A DNA stretch of 64,000 bases from the human T2T-CHM13v2.0 reference genome, Homo sapiens: NCBI RefSeq assembly GCF_009914755.1, contig NC_060926.1; one strand, given 5' to 3'. The first letter of the stretch is position 1, and each line of letters begins with the position of its first letter. The notes under the pieces were generated by a model. That model was not told the DNA's origin and searched no databases. It saw nothing but the letters and a program-made list of their open reading frames with translations. A program made the position numbers and the translations under genes. This document shows, one piece after another, positions 58,098 to 64,000 of the stretch.

Positions 58098-58858
58098 GTA
58101 ATAAATAACTAACAGAGCAGCGCCCCTCAGGGATTTGCCAACCCTAGACCTGGGCTAAGCCAGAATTCATTATGATATATTTGGCATTTGCATAATATTC
58201 TTACTGCATAGTAAAAGAGGAATTGATCTGTTTGCATAAATCCGGCAAGGCCAAAACCTCCCAGATACCAACACAGGAAGACACACTTTTTGTGCCTTAT
58301 CCTTGGTCTAGAGTGTTTCTAAAGTTAAGGTGTAAAGGTCTCATACTCCTTAGAGGTTGAAGGCACACCTTGCCTCACTTTATCAGTTTTTCCTGAATGT
58401 CAGGATAGCCCATCTGTTCAGGAACTTAGGTCTGAGAAAATAACTTCTGTTTATACTTCACCCTTTATCCCATATGGCTGTGGGAAACATGCCATGCCCT
58501 CTGAAAAGCACCCGCAACCACAATCCTCATGCACATGAGGCTAAGATCATGCCTGTGGCAGAACCAATAAGCTGGGTTTCAGAACCTTTGAACTCTGTGA
58601 TACTCATGACGTTGGATGGAAGGGTGAAAAATGCTTCACCTCAGTGGCCTGCTGGTTTCTGTGCGAGTGGTTTTACCTAATCTTACCTATTTTTTTCCCC
58701 ATGAGTTGATAAAAATTCTGTACAGACAATAGAAAATGCAACTGTCATCAAATCAACACCCATCCACATGAGGTGTGTAAAATCTAGAGGGATGAGGAAC
58801 AAACAGACCCAGCAGTCGTCTCTCCTATATTATTCCCTTTTCTTCAATGTTTTAACAG

Positions 58859-58996
58859 GTTCTCGTTGCCGCATTTGCAGTTTCAGGATACTGCTCCACC
58901 TATTTCAGAGCAGGAAGTAAGCCATTCAACCCAGTCCTTGGGGAGACTTATGAATGCATTAGAGAAGACAAGGGATTCCGCTTTTTCTCAGAACAG
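58859..58996 (+). CDS. OSBPL6: OSBPL6 ORD exon ([11 protein letters not shown]...[12 protein letters not shown]...FRFFSEQ)
   Basis: ttttaacag acceptor, CAG|GTAAGC donor; 138 nt; KPFNPxLGETYE motif. Confidence 0.97.
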
Positions 58997-59102
58997 GTAA
59001 GCGCCACTGGACTCAGTGAGGTTTCTATATAGGTAAGAGGACAGTTCGGTGATGAAAGCACCATTTCGATAACAATCTGTTGGGATGGGTTATGATACCA
59101 GT

Positions 59103-59781
59103 TGTGAATTCGAAGTATCTGAGACAGGTCTTAATCAGTTTAGAAAGTTTATTTTGCCAAGGTTAAGGACACACCCATGACACAGCCTCAGGAGGTCCTG
59201 ACAAAATGTGTCCAAGGTGTTCTGGACACAGGTTGGGTTTATACATTTTAGGGAGATATGCACCATCAATCAATATATGTAAGATGTACATTGATTCTGT
59301 CCAGAAAGGTGGGACAACTTGGAAATGGAGACTTCCAGGTCATAGGTAGATAAGAAAGGTTGCATTCTTTTGGGTCTCTGATCAGCCTTTCACTGAATAC
59401 ACAATTTACATGTGAGAGGGTGGTAGAGAGAGAGTCACTTATGCCTCAGTCTCACTCTGTGAATCTGCATTTTTACATAGACAGTAGGGCAGAGGAAGTA
59501 ATCAGATATGCATCTCTCTCAGGTGAGCAGAAGGATGACTTTGAGTTCTGTCAATCCTTTGTCCCATACCTGTGAAGATAAGCTATCAATGTACATTGCC
59601 AGGTTGAAATTCAACAGAACTGTTTTAGGGTAAAGATCTTGAGGCCCACAAAGAATTTCCTTGTGGGCAAATTGTGAGGGAGAGAGGTAGCCTTTTTAAA
59701 AAAAAAAAAAAATCTTTGTAGCTATCTTTTTTAGGAATAAAATGGGAGGCAGGTGGTCCTGAGATTTATTTTCTTTTCACA
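59103..59781 (-). mobile_element. MER4A-like ERV1 solo LTR
   Basis: TG..CA termini, tctgagacaggtc..tttagaaagtttattttgccaaggttaagg..acagcctcaggaggtcctgac; 4-bp TSD cagt on both sides. Confidence 0.85.
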
Positions 59782-59789
59782 CAGTTAAG

Positions 59790-60098
59790 AAAACTAACAC
59801 AAGAACAGAAAACCAAACACCGCATGTTCTCACTCATAAGTGGGAGTTGAACAATGAGAACACATGCACACAGGGAGGAGAACATCACACACTGGGGCCT
59901 GTTGGGGGGTGGCGAGCAAGAGGAGGGATAGCATTAGGAGAAATACCTAATGTAGGTGATGGGTTGATTGGTGCAGCAAACCACCATGGCACGTGTATAC
60001 CTGTGTAACAAACCTGCACATTCTGCACATGTATCCCAGAACTTAAAGTATAATTAAAGAAAGGAAGGAAGGAAGAAAGAAAGGAAGGAAGGAAGGAC
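59790..60098 (+). mobile_element. L1PA (about PA7/8) 3' end with (GGAA)n tail
   Basis: aaaaccaaacaccgcatgttctcactcataagtgggag..gggatagcattaggagaaatacctaatgt..agaacttaaagtataat. Confidence 0.9.
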
Positions 60099-60277
60099 GA
60101 ATTCACTTCACTTATGGGCATTATTTCCCCTCTAAATTGTATAAGTTCTCAGTGTTTTTAAAGCATGAAGTCTTACAGATTTACTTATACATTTTGAGAA
60201 TAATTCAGTAAGAGAAATGGATGACCATGTGGAAGTCTTAACACTGATACTGCCTTTTTTTTGTTTTTAATTACCAG

Positions 60278-60341
60278 GTTAGCCATCATCCACCCATTTC
60301 TGCCTGTCACTGTGAATCAAAGAATTTTGTGTTTTGGCAAG
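60278..60341 (+). CDS. OSBPL6: OSBPL6 ORD exon ([21 protein letters not shown])
   Basis: Acceptor ttaccag, AAG|GTTTGT donor; 64 nt, phase 0-1; completes the EQVSHHPP OSBP fingerprint. Confidence 0.97.
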
Positions 60342-61532
60342 GTTTGTATTTCAATTATAATTTAAAATCAAATGTATGAGCCTATGAAAAAATATCTGGC
60401 TTCCAAAGGGACACTGTATTCAGTTTAGATTTCTACCTTTGGAACTCAGCAAATGTTAGTAATTGGTGCAGAGCTCATTTTGAGAAATCAAAATTCCTGG
60501 TTTCAACATGAAACAGTTTCAGCTAGGAGATGAGATTGCTTATCTTGGAAACAATGCTGTATGGAATAGCAGAGCTCCATGCGGACTGTGCCGGTGGAGA
60601 GCCACCACCTTATCTCATGTTCCTTATTGTCTGCATCTGTAACATGGAGGTTCCATCTGCTGCCTTCTTGGTTCTTCGGGGTGTGCAAAGACATTTTAAT
60701 TCTGAAGGAAGGCTCTATGACACATCATCAATGGTCATAATCTAAATAGATATGCAAACATTACAGTAATTCCTGGCCTTTAACTCACTGGGGCTCCAGA
60801 GTTTGGATTGAAGTCTCTACTGAGTTAAGTCAGAATGTTACAAGCTTGCCTAATACAAAAAAGTTTCTAAACTCCTTTACAAAGAAAAGAATATTTATGT
60901 AAATGTGAACATTAAGTGTAAATAGTTCCTTCGTGTTTGGAAGGGTGCTTCATTACTCACAGAATGACTTCTCATGAGCATTTTCTTAACCTGAAAATAC
61001 ATAAAAATGATAGAACACTGTAGCTGTACTTTATTACAAAAAGATGACAGATCATTTCTTGGTCATCACCAAGAATCAGGCATCTTGTGGAGATGGCACG
61101 AAGTTCCCATAGTTCATCAAAATGGAACCAGGTGGTTATCACAAATGCACAAATAAATCTAAGTTTCCATACGTAAAACATAAAGCCATCGTGTGAGGTA
61201 AAGTGCTGGGCCCTGGTCTATATCTTAACAACCAGTATAAAAACATTCATTAAGTTAATCCCACTCTTTCATAAATCTTATTTTATAAATTTTATTTTAT
61301 CTGTATTTGGAGATTTTTTTTAACTGTAATCCCAAATTATATGTCTTTGATATGGGGGGAAATGTATATATAAATTAATTGTATTGCTATACTCCAATTA
61401 TTTTTAGTGTACATCTTATGCTTGATATATTTGTTAACTATTTTTACCACTTAGTTAAAACTTATAACAACCTTTATTGCTGTCTGGACATTAAAGCACA
61501 GTAGAGTCTATGTTTGTATGTAAAATGTGAAT

Positions 61533-61581
61533 ACACACACACAGACACACACACACACACACACACACACCGCACACACAC
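61533..61581 (+). repeat. (CA)n microsatellite, interrupted
   Basis: acacacacacagacacacacacac... Confidence 0.95.
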
Positions 61582-61880
61582 TGTTCCAGGCTTCTCCCAG
61601 CTCTGTTAGTTGAAAACAAATAAAGAGCATATGTTATAGAGAAACATAGATAGTGGGGGTTTTTTTTAGTTTTGTTTGTTTGTTTGTTTGTTTATTTTTT
61701 GGTTCACAGTTAATATTTTCACCTTGGGCCATTTGCAGGCACTTGTCATACTAAATCAGCAATATAGAATCAGTTGTCATTCCAAAGTGTTTCATAAAGT
61801 GTAATACAAAAGTTAGTTTTTATAGAAGAGGTGATTAGATATGGGGTATGTATTTCTTGTCCTCTCCCTATGTCATTTAG

Positions 61881-61959
61881 ATATCAGATGGAAAAACAAG
61901 TTCTGGGGGAAGTCGATGGAAATCCTGCCTGTTGGAACACTGAATGTCATGCTTCCAAA
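61881..61959 (+). CDS. OSBPL6: OSBPL6 ORD exon ([27 protein letters not shown])
   Basis: tcatttag acceptor, AAA|GTAGGT donor; 79 nt, phase 1-2; KFWGKS motif. Confidence 0.96.
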
Positions 61960-62542
61960 GTAGGTGACTCACACCTCCCTTTTGGCCTCTTGTCTGCTTT
62001 TCTAAATCATAAATGGGTATTTTAAACTCTAGAAGATGGTAAGGGTTTCTTTCTCTTTATACCCAAACTTCTGTTACCTTTGCCAAAGTTTTGAGAATAG
62101 ACTCCCACAAAAACAAATGAGAACTTAAGCATATGTAGCAAAGCTTCCTGTTTATTTCTTCACATCCTCCATTCTTCAGTCAACACCACCAGGTACCTCC
62201 CATGGCCCAGTCATCATGCTAGTTTGATTGTATATAAAAGGTTCTCCTGTTTAGCCATTTCTTTGCTATACAATTCAGTTTCACTTTTGAGTTCATCTTA
62301 GATCCAGGGAGTATTTTATCAAAGAAGAGTGATGAAATCCTTTTATGGTTGTGTTCTAGAGGATACTGCCTCTAAATATTTTGAAATTAATTGGAATTTT
62401 TACTGAGGCCAAGGACTTGATTGTTTCTTCGGTTTTACCTATTTGAATGACAGAATTTCCAGATGAACTGGATATGGAAGAAGGTGAAGAGAGGGAGGTA
62501 TTCCTAGGACCACAAAATAAACTTTGAATATTTGAACATGTA

Positions 62543-62879
<337 letters not shown>

Positions 62880-63149
62880 CTACATCATACCAATTCATAA
62901 ACTTTGCAGAAACTTAGAAGCATCTTTTTTATGTTGATGTAACATTTCATTTGAAAATATATGTAACGTACAAACTTAAATGTGATTTGAAGCTATATCA
63001 TTTCATTTCTTAGCAGAAATTCTGTAACCTTGTTCCCCAGAATTTGTAATAGATTTGTGCCATCTTAGTATGCTCTTCAGTCTTTTCCCGAAGAATTATT
63101 CACATCTGAGGTCTTAAACCTGGAGTACAAAACAGTGTTCCCAGAGTGA

Positions 63150-63665
63150 TCTTTCTTCAGTGCACACTCTGTGGTGCCTCCCTCCTACCTGGAATCCTGC
63201 GGTGGCCCATTGCCTGCAGGGTAAATCTAGACTCCTTGGTACGTCCCTGCAGGCCTTCCCGGCTCTGCCTCATCACACCTTTCCTGCCTTGCGTCCTGCC
63301 ACCCGCACTCACCTGGAGCACAGCATTCACAGGCCTGGATGCCTTGTGCCCTTCTGACCTTTGTGGCTCTGTGGATGCTTTTCCCCAGCCCATAGTGCCC
63401 TCTTATCTGCCATCTGTGCTTACACGAAACCCAGCCTCTTCTAAGGTGTCTTCCTTGACACTCATCCCACGTTCCAGGTAGATTGAAGGACTAAAAACTC
63501 TTCCTTCTGTGTTCCGATGATATGCATATTTTAAGTATTTGTTTGCATATCCATCTACCCTCCCATACTTCTGTCTCCAGAAAAGCAGGAACCAGGCCCT
63601 ATTCCACTTTGTAACTTTAGCACCTGGCCCATAGAAAGCACTTAAATGTTCCTTAAGTGAATTAA
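63150..63665 (+). mobile_element. L2 remnant
   Basis: cccattgcctgcagggtaaatctagactcctt..tagcacctggcccatagaaagcacttaaatgtt; diverged. Confidence 0.55.
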
Positions 63666-63828
63666 CCACATCGTAAATACTTAATGACCACAGAGAGAAT
63701 TTCAAGACACAAATGGGAGGAGAATGAGGGAAAAGGAAGCTTTGGCCAAAGAATATTCTCATTAGCAGAAACAGTTATATGTGTTTGTGACCTTGGTTGT
63801 TTTTCATCAGTGTTACATTCTTCACTAG

Positions 63829-63973
63829 GTATGGAGATTACTATGTGTGGAATAAAGTCACCACTTGCATACACAACATCCTCAGTGGGAGAAGATGGAT
63901 AGAACATTATGGAGAAGTAACCATCAGAAATACCAAAAGCAGTGTTTGCATTTGCAAACTCACATTTGTCAAG
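63829..63973 (+). CDS. OSBPL6: OSBPL6 ORD exon ([32 protein letters not shown]...CKLTFVK)
   Basis: ttcactag acceptor, AAG|GTAAAT donor; 145 nt, phase 2-0. Confidence 0.96.
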
Positions 63974-64000
63974 GTAAATACTATCATACAACAGTAAAGG

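Overview
Primate (human-like) genomic DNA covering the middle of the + strand gene OSBPL6 (ORP6, oxysterol-binding protein-related protein 6). I read 18 internal coding exons with GT-AG boundaries and consistent phases. They encode the PH domain, a linker with several symmetric cassette-type exons, the FFAT motif (EFFDAQE) and the first half of the OSBP-related domain (EQ|VSHHPP fingerprint). The start and stop codons lie outside the window. The introns hold about 19 Alu-family elements, a nested L1 stack (old L1MA host containing an L1PA 3' fragment, a full-length L1PA6/7-like element and two Alus), MaLR and MER4 solo LTRs, a MADE1, and MIR/L2 remnants. There are no prokaryotic-type systems. 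The best leads are: (1) a candidate internal TATA promoter with an orphan splice donor plus a 15-nt ATG-bearing microexon, which together could make a PH-less short ORP6; (2) an L1 sense-promoter donor improved toward consensus and an open L1 ORF0; (3) an exon junction that regenerates its own 5' splice site; (4) in-frame, stop-free circRNA candidates; (5) a 74-nt hairpin. All of these are inferences from sequence alone. Repeat subfamily names are from memory of consensus sequences, and repeat boundaries are approximate unless target-site duplications (TSDs) are cited.
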